A DNA stretch of 64,000 nt from Patellaria atrata CBS 101060 (lineage: Eukaryota). Shown here piece by piece: positions 38,269 through 49,500 of this stretch. Where the stretch lies: NCBI GenBank assembly GCA_010093705.1, contig MU006090.1, forward strand, positions 895,817-959,816, given 5' to 3'. Each line of letters starts with the position of its first letter. Position 1 is the first letter of the stretch. The position numbers were made by a program, and so were the translations under genes. Under the pieces are notes generated by a model. The model was not told the DNA's origin. It ran no database searches and saw only the letters and a list, made by a program, of their open reading frames with translations.

Positions 38269-39783
38269 ATGCCACAACGTAGGAGAAACAATGGGGTCTT
38301 TGGTGGGAACCAAAACGGTGGAAATCAAAATGGAGGAAATGGCGGGAATCGAAATGGAGGAAGCCGAAATCAGAACGGCCAGAATAACAGCCAACAAGAG
38401 AATCGAAGCAATGAGAACAATAACCAACAAGGGAATCGAAATAATCAGAACAATAATAACGGACGAGGGAACCGCAACAACAACAATAGGGGTCAAAACT
38501 CTGGAAACGGTAATCGAGGAAACAAATGGTGTGACACTTGTAAGAGGAACAACCATAACACAAACGAGTGCTTCAGAAATGAATGTCCCAACCAGAACAG
38601 CCAGAATAATAACTCGAACAACACCAACGACAACAACAATAGTAACAATTCGAGGAACTCGAGGAATCAGGATCGCTCTTCATATTGTGGTTGGTGTAGA
38701 CAGAAGACAGACCACCCAACTAAGACCTGCCACTACCTCGCCGAGGAGGCGCAAAAGAAGTATAATGAGACTGTACAGCGATATGAGTCCGTTCTACCTT
38801 GCCAATTTTGCCGATCACCCGACCACTCCTCTAAAGATTGTCAGCTTGAGCTCGCCGGCTTTGTATTCAGCACAATCCGCGAACGTATCAAGGCGGATCT
38901 TGCGCAAAATCTAGATGCACCCGACGTCTCCGTTGGTGACATCACCATGCTAGACGAGTATGACCCGGTCACAGCTGCTGCAATGGCTGCGCGAGCCGCC
39001 GTTCCTCCAGTACAGCCGGAACCGCGGAACCAGGCGTACTGCGTTGCATGTCACAGGCGTGGGCATTGGATCGGAGCGCCGGTGTGTCAGAAGACGCAGG
39101 CCACAGAGTCTTCAGTAGGACAGAACTTTAAGCTATGCTCATGCGGGTTCAACATCCCAGTTCCGCACCAAGCGGTTATGGATCCGAATTGGAGCTATCA
39201 GTGCCCTCGCTGCGATAGATTCAACACCTTCAATACCGTGGTTCCCGCATTCATCAACAGCGCTGGTGGCATAGCCGTCCCGTTGCAATCGCGACCTGGA
39301 CCGGTGAACAACGTCTTCTTCCTCGGGGAGGGGTTCAACCAACCCAGCCTCTCCGAATTCGAACGCGCGAAGCAGGGCGGACCGCCGTTCGTGAGGGACC
39401 TCGGCCGCGACGAACGTCCCTTCTACGGTCATGCGATGCTCGATGATGACGCCTGGGGTAACGCGCAGACATTCTTCCCCGGCTCGCGCTTGCGGCTCAG
39501 CGCCGAGGCACAAGTCATCATGGACAACCCTTCTGCAGCCGTTAACCGGGCGACCCAATCGATGGAACCATATTGCTCCGAGTGCGGTGTTCCGGGTCTC
39601 ATCTGCGATGATGATGGCGATTTGGTCATGACAGGCGCGGATCAAGCTTGCGTGGCTGGAGCAGGTAAGGGCAGAATCTGGTACTATCAACCGGGACTCG
39701 AGAGCGAGGGAAATTGGAATTGCTTGTGTGCGAAATTTGGGTATGCGCCCGCGGTTGCGTATCGACCGGCTGGTAGCACCTGA
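38269..39783 (+). CDS. Uncharacterised protein with an Asn/Gly/Gln/Arg-rich N-terminus and multiple CCHC zinc knuckles
   Basis: Uninterrupted 504-codon ORF from ATG 38269. Likely 5'UTR intron 38204-38254. Motifs CDTCKRNNHNTNEC, CGWCRQKTDHPTKTC, CQFCRSPDHSSKDC, CVACHRRGHWIGAPVC. Confidence 0.8.
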   Translation: MPQRRRNNGVFGGNQNGGNQNGGNGGNRNGGSRNQNGQNNSQQENRSNENNNQQGNRNNQNNNNGRGNRNNNNRGQNSGNGNRGNKWCDTCKRNNHNTNECFRNECPNQNSQNNNSNNTNDNNNSNNSRNSRNQDRSSYCGWCRQKTDHPTKTCHYLAEEAQKKYNETVQRYESVLPCQFCRSPDHSSKDCQLELAGFVFSTIRERIKADLAQNLDAPDVSVGDITMLDEYDPVTAAAMAARAAVPPVQPEPRNQAYCVACHRRGHWIGAPVCQKTQATESSVGQNFKLCSCGFNIPVPHQAVMDPNWSYQCPRCDRFNTFNTVVPAFINSAGGIAVPLQSRPGPVNNVFFLGEGFNQPSLSEFERAKQGGPPFVRDLGRDERPFYGHAMLDDDAWGNAQTFFPGSRLRLSAEAQVIMDNPSAAVNRATQSMEPYCSECGVPGLICDDDGDLVMTGADQACVAGAGKGRIWYYQPGLESEGNWNCLCAKFGYAPAVAYRPAGST

Positions 39784-42700
39784 AAGGGGTCAAGGTAAGT
39801 CATAAGGTAAGTGGTGTGTTAGGGCTCTAGTAGGTCTTTTACTATTTCGTTCCGTTTTTGGGTAATTTTGTAATGGTAAGTATTTTTCTTATTTGTATAA
39901 ACTTTGACTAAGTGAGGTATTACATGATAAGATGTGCTTGATACAGTCTTTTGTCACTAGATATTGCATCCTCTCAGATCGCCTATAGATATCGATTTAG
40001 GTGCTGTACACTAACTCTCCGTGTTTCCGACTATACTGTACAGAAAAGTAAATAACGTACGAAGTGCTGTGAATCATACCGAGGACTTGATCGTACGGAG
40101 AATAGAGACATGGTGAGACTTTGGACTTCAACGACCGCGAATACTGGGAAAGGTTGGCTCAAGAAAGTATAGTAAGACACCGAATGAACTCAACACTCTG
40201 CAAAGAACTATGAGATCGTCAAGTAGACACCTGGATGGAATCTCCATCTGCTTGCAACGACGCTCAAATCATTAGATTATCATGAGGTGCGCAGGAAGGT
40301 GATCAGGTACCCGCAGTTCCGAGTCCATCCTTCGGGTCCCAGGATCATGGCTCCAGGGACTGTTGATCTGATCCTTCCCCTCGACCGTTTTCCCGGCCTT
40401 GAAATGTGATGCGTCAGATGGACTCACGCTGTTACACAAACTCCTTTTTCTGGATTACAGTCTATCGTTTGAGAAGGCTGACAGCATTGCGGTGGAAGAA
40501 ATCGCTGTGATTCACAGTCGATTCGTGAGATGAAAGGACTATGAAAGATGAGAAATCTTTTAGGGAGACCTTACTACTCGCGCTGAGTTCACTGTATGCT
40601 TTGCGGTAAACAGGACTACGTATAGGAGACTAGCGAATGTGTCTCCGGGCAAAATATGACGAATGGCGAATCTGAGCAGCACAGGTAGGCGTGCATCTTG
40701 CTATAACCGTACGGCAGACCAGAAGATTTTTCAAAAGGGAATGAACTGAATGTACGAAAATCGTGCATATTACCCTTTACTCTTTACATGGTCGATACTT
40801 CGCCTCGGCTTCTGTACACTTTCCGTACACAGAACGACGTACGGAGGACTGTTAGAATTGTCTCCTCACGGGATCTCACGGGCCTATACACCACAAGCTG
40901 GAGTAGAGCCCAACCCAAGCGTACGGGAAGTCAGAAGTCCACCGAAAAGGAGAGACTTGATGTACGGGGTGGGAGTATGAAACAAGGAAGTGCTAGCAAT
41001 GGTGGTTCAGCGCATCGAGCAGATATCGGGAGGAGCGTACGGTACCAGATAGAGAGAGAATGGAAGTTTCATGCCCTTCTCCTCGATCGAAAAAAAAAAA
41101 GATTGTTTAGATGTGCCTCTCCCAGGGGTCCAGATAGAAGAACAGGAGAGCGAATATCTCATACACATATACGTTTCAGCCTTGTGGCCTTGCAACGTGC
41201 TGACCGAAGACGCGGCAATGGGTTGAGAGAAATCCCGATGCCTCAGAAGGGTAAGTGGCTGACAGCAAGTTTGGACTTTCCTGGATTCTCCTTGCTCGAA
41301 GAGGGACGGACGGATGAGGATTGAACGATGGATGCTAGAAAGAGACTTGAGGTCCAGCGAGATGGTCCGAAACCAACAAATGGTCTTCTTTTTAGTGCAA
41401 CAAGAAGGATTGTACTAGACATATACTACACGCTAGAGTAAAGTGATAAGGATGCAGGTACAAGATGTCAATTGCGCTAGTATTGAAAGCTACTTATCGT
41501 AGTGTCATTGAGGATCTGTTGAGGATGTTTCAAACGGCATTCGCAAGTCAGCTTTTTCTAGTTATCGCGAGTACTAATTCTTCGTTCTATCACAAACACA
41601 GCTTACCTTATGTGCGGTGTGAACAGTTTTGAGTCTCATGAAACAGTCGCTAGCGAGATTTACCCGCGTTAGCTTCAAACACCCGAGCTGTTTCAAAACG
41701 TGGAGATGCACCTCTATCAAAGTTCAGGACGAGAGTCGAAACAAGAGCTGGAAAGGTCGATGAACACGTTCAAGAAGGGACAATTGAGATGTGAGTAATC
41801 ATTGAACTTAGCAAGAGATGATATTATTCAAGGTAAAATAGACGATTATAGGAAGATGGTCTGTTATATGTTCAAGAATAATCGGGGCTAAAAGGTCGCC
41901 GTTTATCGTTAGGGCGAGCCGACCCGAAGCAGGCAATAGCGCTTCCCAGCCGAAGTACCTTAAACGATTATTACCCATTCCATTACTCGACCGAAGTTAC
42001 AGTAGCAAAGTCGTTCAACAACTTGCAGAAATAACAGTGTACTGTACATCTGTGGCTTCATCGTTTGACTCGATCGGGAATGTGGGCATCGCGTCGCCGA
42101 AGAGGGTAAGTGTATTCTTCCAAATTCTGTTCATGCTCGTACAGTACAGTTCAAGTACATCTTACGATCATACGTGGCGCCAGTTGCCCATACTGTATTC
42201 CAGATGAGATTCTAACAAGGTAGAGGAGTGGATAACTACTACGATTGAGGTTTCTTCTAACAATCTGCTGTACGAAAATCTCCAAGCGACATACATACAG
42301 TTACTTACCAACGTCAGCTTCGGATGCACAACAGTGAGAATTCCACTTCTCAACTTCCGTTTCGAGTCCATCTTGCACTTTTGGACTTATGATGGACGAG
42401 TGTGGTGCGATGTTGGGCGGCCTAGGTTTCTCCTCCTTCGGTTCTTTCCATGAGGCTTGAATAATGCTGTCTCATAAAGAATCAAAAAGATGATTAATTT
42501 ACTGTCAATTCCGCTCCTTCAAGCCGTTTTTTCTATTTTTATTTTCCTTTTCGAGTCAATTTATTGAGGTATCATTCTTTTCCGACTCGGCAAGCCACAA
42601 TAACTAGTTGCAGCCTTCAAATTAATTCCCAGGATGTTGTCGAAATCTTCACCCCCAAGAATCTTCAGGGGTCCCCTCAATTCCCTTCCCGCCTTCTAGT

Positions 42701-43592
42701 ATGACACCCGTCTTTTTGGTTCGGGAGGAGGTCTGGGAGAAAGTAGAGAAGAGAACAGTCGAACTGATCACAGTTGCCTTGAAACTCAAAGCTAAAGGGG
42801 GATGAGACAACTTCGTTTATCCAAGTCTGTCTCCTGCGTTCAGCCCAGCAGTCTACCATTTCTTTTGTTTCAGAACGGTCAGCTATCTAAAGATTTGCTA
42901 CAATCGCAATTCTACGACGAGTACGCGCTCTGGGGTTCGTCCACGTAACGTTTTGGCTGTCTGGTTACTTCTGGTAGACAGAAGCACTCTAGAGTCCACT
43001 TTGTGCATTGTCGTCCAAGCTTTTCGTGCATCAAAGATCCCGACGGAGCCTCCCATGGGGGCCGAGGGTCCAACGTATCAAAGGCGACAGATTAGACAAG
43101 CTCTGCTCTTTGCGCCATTGTTTGTTCATTTCGCGGAACCGCACTTATCTAGGGTCTCATTAGCCTGTGGCACGGGGCAACTGGTGTTGCGGAATATGCA
43201 GAATACTGCATGGGGCCTGGTCCAGCCAGAGTAGTGCCAGTCCGCCAGACTTCTAAATATGTTGGTGGACGTGCACTGGGGGAGGAGGAGCACGAGGGAG
43301 GTTGGAAACCAATATATAAAAGTTATCGTTGATCCTCTTCCATCTCGAGTCTTATTACATCTGCAGTCCAAATATCAATCAAAAGAAAGCATCATCGGCA
43401 GAGAGAAAGGCTTTCTTAATTCTCTCTTTCCCCTTTAATACCTTTATCCCTCTCCTCTATCACCAATTTCTTTCCTTAGCGGCTCAATCTTACCAATTGG
43501 ACCTCTGGAGGCCATTCGAAGTCCATTTCTTATCAATTCGACCGACATATAGACACGAGCGCTGGCCACTCGGACCTAATATAGCATTCAAA

Positions 43593-44354
43593 ATGATCTT
43601 CAACACTGCAACAACCCTCATCCTGCTCTTCAGCAGCGCCATTAATGCTAGTCCCGTCCTCTCTCGCCGCGCCGCCACCGTCCCCCTCTCCTCGATTCCC
43701 CTCCCGAAGGAAGCAGGCCCGGGTGGACTTCCCCCACTTGGTGACAATGAACTAAAACACATCATCCTCGGCCTCGGAACTCAGAACTATACCTGCGCTG
43801 ATTCCACCGCAAACTCTATCCCCGCATCCGTCGGCGCCGTAGCGGACCTTTACCTATTGGACCCCATCCTCACCTCTTCTGCACAAGCCAAAATTCTCAT
43901 TCCTCTTATTCCCCCAATGGCCCTCCAGTTCAGCAAATTCCTACCCAAGAAGGGTGGCAAGCCGCCCAGCCCTATGGCGAAGCTCTCCCTTCCCAACAAC
44001 GGCATAGCGGCACCCAAACTCGTATACGGAAGCCATTTCTTCAACTCCAACGGTCCCATGTTCGACCTCTTCAAATCGGTGCCAATTGAGGGTTTGAGCG
44101 CGAAAAAGGACAAGGGCATGACTGCACCTGCGAGATCTTGCAAGGGTACCAAGAGCGAGGGTGCTGTCGACTGGCTTTACCTGATCGACAATGGTCTCGG
44201 TGTCAGCTATGGCGGTGTTTCTGTGGTCTACCGTCTCGAAACTGCCGGTGGCAAGGCACCTGCCAATTGTAAGAGAAACGGCAGCGGAGCTTACACGATC
44301 GAGGTTCCATATGCCGCAGAGTACTGGTTCGCCGGACCTGTAGGGCCAGCTTAA
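43593..44354 (+). CDS. Secreted DUF3455-family protein
   Basis: Signal peptide MIFNTATTLILLFSSAINA, then SPVLSRR. Motifs GLGTQNYTC, GSHFF, VDWLYL, VYRLETAGGKAP, VPYAAEYWF. TATATAAA near 43313. Confidence 0.88.
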   Translation: MIFNTATTLILLFSSAINASPVLSRRAATVPLSSIPLPKEAGPGGLPPLGDNELKHIILGLGTQNYTCADSTANSIPASVGAVADLYLLDPILTSSAQAKILIPLIPPMALQFSKFLPKKGGKPPSPMAKLSLPNNGIAAPKLVYGSHFFNSNGPMFDLFKSVPIEGLSAKKDKGMTAPARSCKGTKSEGAVDWLYLIDNGLGVSYGGVSVVYRLETAGGKAPANCKRNGSGAYTIEVPYAAEYWFAGPVGPA

Positions 44355-45608
44355 ACCCGCTCGTCCAGCTTCACCGTGACATGGTCACGGCATCGACGCG
44401 TAACGCAAGCAGATGTTGATACGGTATCGTAATGGAAGTTGTTCTGGGCTTGTTGATTGTACATACGAATTCTTTTACTGTTCACATGTTCTCGACGTTA
44501 TTCTACGACAAAGGACCCTATTTTTTTATCTTTCATTTGGTGGTTATCTGATTCAATCTATGGTAGATTTTTCTGTTTTTGGTTGTATTACTATTTTATA
44601 CCCCTAGTGCGGCAAACAATGCAGCAACGCGAGTCACCCAAAAAGTTTCTATTCCTTTGATTCAAAAATGAACATGACATAGATGTCTATAGTCAATAGA
44701 AAAGTGTTCCAAAATCGTTCCACGCCTCCAAAAATAGCACGCACTGTATCCCACAGAAATGTATGACATGCACAACTCGTCTGTCCGAAGAAGCAATAGC
44801 ACCCGTAACGAGATTCGAATTCGTCTCGTCAATGCAGAACAGATCGAGACAAACCCATTAGAGTCAGGTGGGAGAAAATGTAACGCTTCTCTCCGGAAAG
44901 TACTACCATCTAGGACGGGTTGTGTTACCACCTGTGTGCGCGCGCGGTTAGATCATATTATCGATTTCATGCGAAACTAGGTTGGAGTAAGGGTATATCC
45001 ACTCACAATCATACTATAACACCAATATTCAATATATCATTCCTCTTGAATGATTATCATAGTACCTGTAAAAATCACCATCATCAATACACCATCTACT
45101 GTACCTCCTAAGAAGACGAAAACAGATTCGCACCTTGGGCTATACCACCCCCCAAAATTACAAACGTTACACTCTCAACCAAGCCTGGCAAGACGCGCGC
45201 TTCCCACTTTTCTTTTTGAATTGTCCTAGGTTGAGCACCCCACCCCCGCCCAATAGGCAGTATTCCGGTGACTTAGAACTGAAAATTGGTCTCGGGAGTA
45301 CCCGCTCCCGCCAACCCCGAATCTTTCATTCACGAGCTACACTTACCGGAAACGTCGCGACATCTCTCGGCTCATTATTGTTTCTCAAAAACTATACAGT
45401 AGGGAGTATGAGCAGACTTTTCAAGGACTATAAGCTGCTTCTATCATCTAGAACGATCATTCTCGAGGTTATCAGTCCTATCACACTCACAGTGCTTACA
45501 TAGGTCATACGTTCAATGTACTGTACAGGACGTAGTATGACTTATCAACGACACGAATTTCCCAATAGACCATCCAACACCCAAAAACCAGAAAAAAGAA
45601 GAAAAGAA

Positions 45609-45708
45609 NNNNNNNNNNNNNNNNNNNNNNNNNNNNNNNNNNNNNNNNNNNNNNNNNNNNNNNNNNNNNNNNNNNNNNNNNNNNNNNNNNNNNNNNNNNN
45701 NNNNNNNN
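45609..45708. other. Assembly gap (100 N)
   Basis: Run of N within an A/G-rich simple sequence. Confidence 1.
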
Positions 45709-46593
45709 AAAAGAAGACCACTACTTATCCCTCTACATAACACCCCTCGTATCTCCTATTGCACACACTGTCCCTCATCTCCCTCATCCCCTCGCACTGT
45801 ACAGTACCAAAAGACACGACCCCATCCTCACCCCTTAACCTACACGTGCAGTCCAATACATCCCACGACGAAGTCCCACCACTATACCACGGTAGAAGTA
45901 CACCATCAGACCAGCCGAATCTCACAACTCAAAACGTCTTGACTGTACTGTACTGTACCGTACAGAGCGCCAGAATCGTCAGGGTCGCCAACGCGTCGGA
46001 GCATGAGTGTACCGCCACCCGTCCAGGTCGCGAGGCAGGATCTACCGTGACCATTTTGGGGAGAGGAGGTATCAAAACCCACTCTCTGCTTCGTATACTC
46101 CGTACGTTGGGGAATGGAAGATGAGTGTGAGGTGATGGTGCGGAAGTACATGTAGTACGTCCCCTGTCTTGTCCTCTTCGATTCATATCTCGAAATCGTG
46201 GATTCTACCTGTGTCGCTTCCCCTTTCGCGTTGTACGATACAGTACTGGCGGCTCCTACTCCATATCATACCATTCGCTCTTCATTTCCTTGACGAACTT
46301 TGTCTCATATCACAGCCTAGAAGTCAAGCTCGCATGATACAGCACGAATGTTTTATTCGATAAAGCCACGCAACGAGCTCAATCATCTACATGTATACTT
46401 TCCAGATAGTCTCTCCCCCTCACTCCTATATACCCTGCCACCGCCTCCCAACACCAATTTTCCTTAAATAAAGGAAACCAGATCCAAAAAACGCCATCGC
46501 GATGCATATTCCAAATCTAAACCACCCACTCCCCATCCCTTATCTTACACAAAAGCCTCATTCCCCCTCCCCTTTCGCCCTTCCCAATCTACC

Positions 46594-49500
46594 TTAAATC
46601 CTACCCCCTTCCACAATCTCCCTTCCTATCAACTCTAACTCCCCCGTCTCCGCTGTCCGCCTCCTCTCCAACACCCACCGATTCATGCCCCTCTCATCCT
46701 GTTCCTTGACATAAGTGACGCTATCACTCCCGGTCCTACTGTGCGTCCTCCACCCCTGCGGCCTCGTCGGCGATACGGGCGTCAGCTGCGCAAGTGGTAT
46801 ATGTCCCAGTTTCTGCGGTGGCATGACAGGGCTCGCATCCGTGTCCTCCTGCTGCTCCCCCGCGAGGCCGAGGTTTTGGGTCTGCAGCGGAAGCGGGTGA
46901 TGCGGGAGGAATGCTCGACGCGGCGGAGGGCGCGGTGTCGCTTCGTTGCTAGGAGGGAATGAAAAGTCGTTGGGGCCGAGGGTTGGGCTACCAGGTGGAG
47001 AAGACGAGGAACGGGAAGACGAGTTATGGGAGATGTAATCTCTCCCTTCTACTCCGTGAGTGGTGAAGTCATCGTCATCGACCTCTTCGGCGACTTCATC
47101 GAGAAAGCTAGACCCTGTTCGGGAATCCGTGCGGGAGATGGGAGTAGCATCTTGTTGAGGCATGTATTCAGTGCGAGTTATAGGACTTGACCCCCGTGCT
47201 GCGTACTGAGGATTGGCGATGGGGCTAGAGTTTCGTGGGCTACTAGCTGCGCTCCTCAAGCTGCCGTTACTGCCGCCGAATGCCCCACGCCTGAGCTTCA
47301 TTAATTGAGAAAGAGACATATCGTCGTCGTCGAAACCGTAAGGACTCATTCTTGCTAATTGCGCAAGTCCAGGACTGGGCAGAGCGCCATTGTTCCCACC
47401 GAAGTGGTGAAGGGAGATGTATGAGTTCCGTGTGCTGTACTCACTACGTTCGGTGATTGGTGTCAAATTGGGTTCTCGTACTGCGTTGCGTCCGCTGACG
47501 CTACGTCCCAGATCTCCGCCTCGAGGTCCGAAGTAGCCACCGTTAGCAAATTGCGCTTCAGAGTTCTGACCAGCAGAGGCATAGAATCCGAACTCCTGTC
47601 CGTAGAACCCATCGTCATCATTAGCGAGTGCTTCCGCATTAGCTGCCGCGATTATAGGATCATCCTCAAGCGCATCGAAATCATCGTAGCCGTAGTCATC
47701 CGCGAAGTCCACCATTTTGAAAGCTGTAGGAGAGAAGGATGTTGCACGGGTCGAGTTGGGGAGTTGGCTCGGGCCAGAGTCCATACTAGGCGAACCGTCG
47801 TTATCCATTTCATCCTCATGGGTCGAATAAATGGAAGTAGAGATACTATCGTGCCTTCTGAATCGCCCATCTGCCGCCGCTTTGTTCGCGGCGTCGGCAA
47901 GAGCACCATGATATGCTTCAAGGTTGTTGAAACCCCCTTCGCTTGGGCCATGCGCGACCACAACTTGATTACTATCAGAATCTCCAGTGTTATCTTGCTC
48001 TAAATGGTTGCCCTCTTGAGCATTGGAAGACGGATCTCTTGGGACTGGTGTTGGCCGCTCGTAAAGGGGATTTGACGGGTCATCAAATTGTGATTCATCA
48101 AAATGATCTCCATAATCTTGGTTAACGTCTTCTATCATCCCATCATCAAAATACATGTCATCGTCTGCCAGGATGTCTTCTGTCACGGAGTCCGGGGTTT
48201 GTTTCAGCTCTTGTCTGGAGAATCTCAAAGGTAATACTGATAATCCTTCAGTGCTCGCGCTGTTCATTGTTAAACCGGAAAGTCCCAAACCCTGTGGACT
48301 CGTAGTATCATTTTCAACGTTTGAATCATACACCGGAGACTGAGGATTGCTGTTAGACATAGCGTAGCCGATGCGATTGCCGAATGCATCTCTAGGGGTC
48401 TGAATGGAGTCCACTATAGGACTTAGAGGATTAACATAAGGCGTTCGATCCATAGAGAAGTTGAATCCCGACATGTCTGACTCTGGGTTATGCGAACTGC
48501 CATAGTCCTCAAATGTACTATTGCTGATGGTACTGTGCGCAAATCCGTTGTTGAAAGGTTGGTCGGTTATGACATCGTCAGAGGTCTCGTTCTCAAAAAC
48601 GGTACCATGTATACTGTCCTTTGGAATACCGTCGTCAAAGGTGCTATCATGTATATTGCTTTTCGGAATCCCGTCGTCAAATGTACTGGCATTGATACTG
48701 TTATTCCGAATTCCGTCGTCAAAGGTACTGGCGTTGATACTGTTGTCGTGCATGCCGTCGTCAAAGTCAGCCCCATAATCGTCATCATCGAAGCCGCCCT
48801 CGAAGCCACCCTCGTCCATATCGTAAAGAGCATCTTCGTCAAATTCATCTTCTTCAACTGGTAACGATGCAATGGATTGTCTCGTTGCAGCAGCAGCTTT
48901 CGCGGCGGCTTTCTGTTTATGCCTCTCTTCCAACAGCTTTTCTTGAGCCGACGAATCACCGCCATGAATCTGAAAGCTAAATCGAGACGCTTTGCTTGTG
49001 AGATGGGAAGGTAGGCCAGCAGGATGCCATTCAGCTCCTGACGTGGCACGTGAAAGTGTCTTCGTGGATCTCTGGGATGCACGAGACTTTCGTACGCTGG
49101 ACTGGGGAGTAGGGTCATTCTCGGAGATAGGCGATAATTGCGAGGATTCTTGGGTTCCGAGTTGACTTTCATTAGGCAAGGGAGGTAAGGGTGCTGAATG
49201 TATAGTTTCCGGGTCGCTCATTCGAGCATTCAATGGTCGGTTCTTCGACAATGCTGGGATGGGAGGCGGTGAATGATCAGGAGGGGGTAAAGACACTTTC
49301 GCTAGAAAAGCTTTATTTGCCAAAGACTCTGCACGAATGGCCGCATCGGTCTCACCAGCTCCTAGGTTATGGTCGAAGTTTTCTTTGAAAATTGGGGTAT
49401 GTTCTCGCTCAATTTTTATAGGACTTTCATCCTTCTCTTTACAATTTACATCCAGGGTATCTATATTTGAAGATGAACGCTGGAATTCCTCCATGTTCGG

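Noticed and set aside
40788..41324. 178-aa plus-strand ORF
   Set aside because: No recognisable motif, crosses an A10 run and has no splice support; probably a chance ORF.
38239..41400. Intact LTR or LINE retrotransposon around the CCHC ORF
   Set aside because: No pol motifs, LTR pair, PBS/PPT or poly-A tail visible downstream.
45513..45743. ORFs spanning N runs (also 4782-4973)
   Set aside because: Artefacts of assembly gaps.
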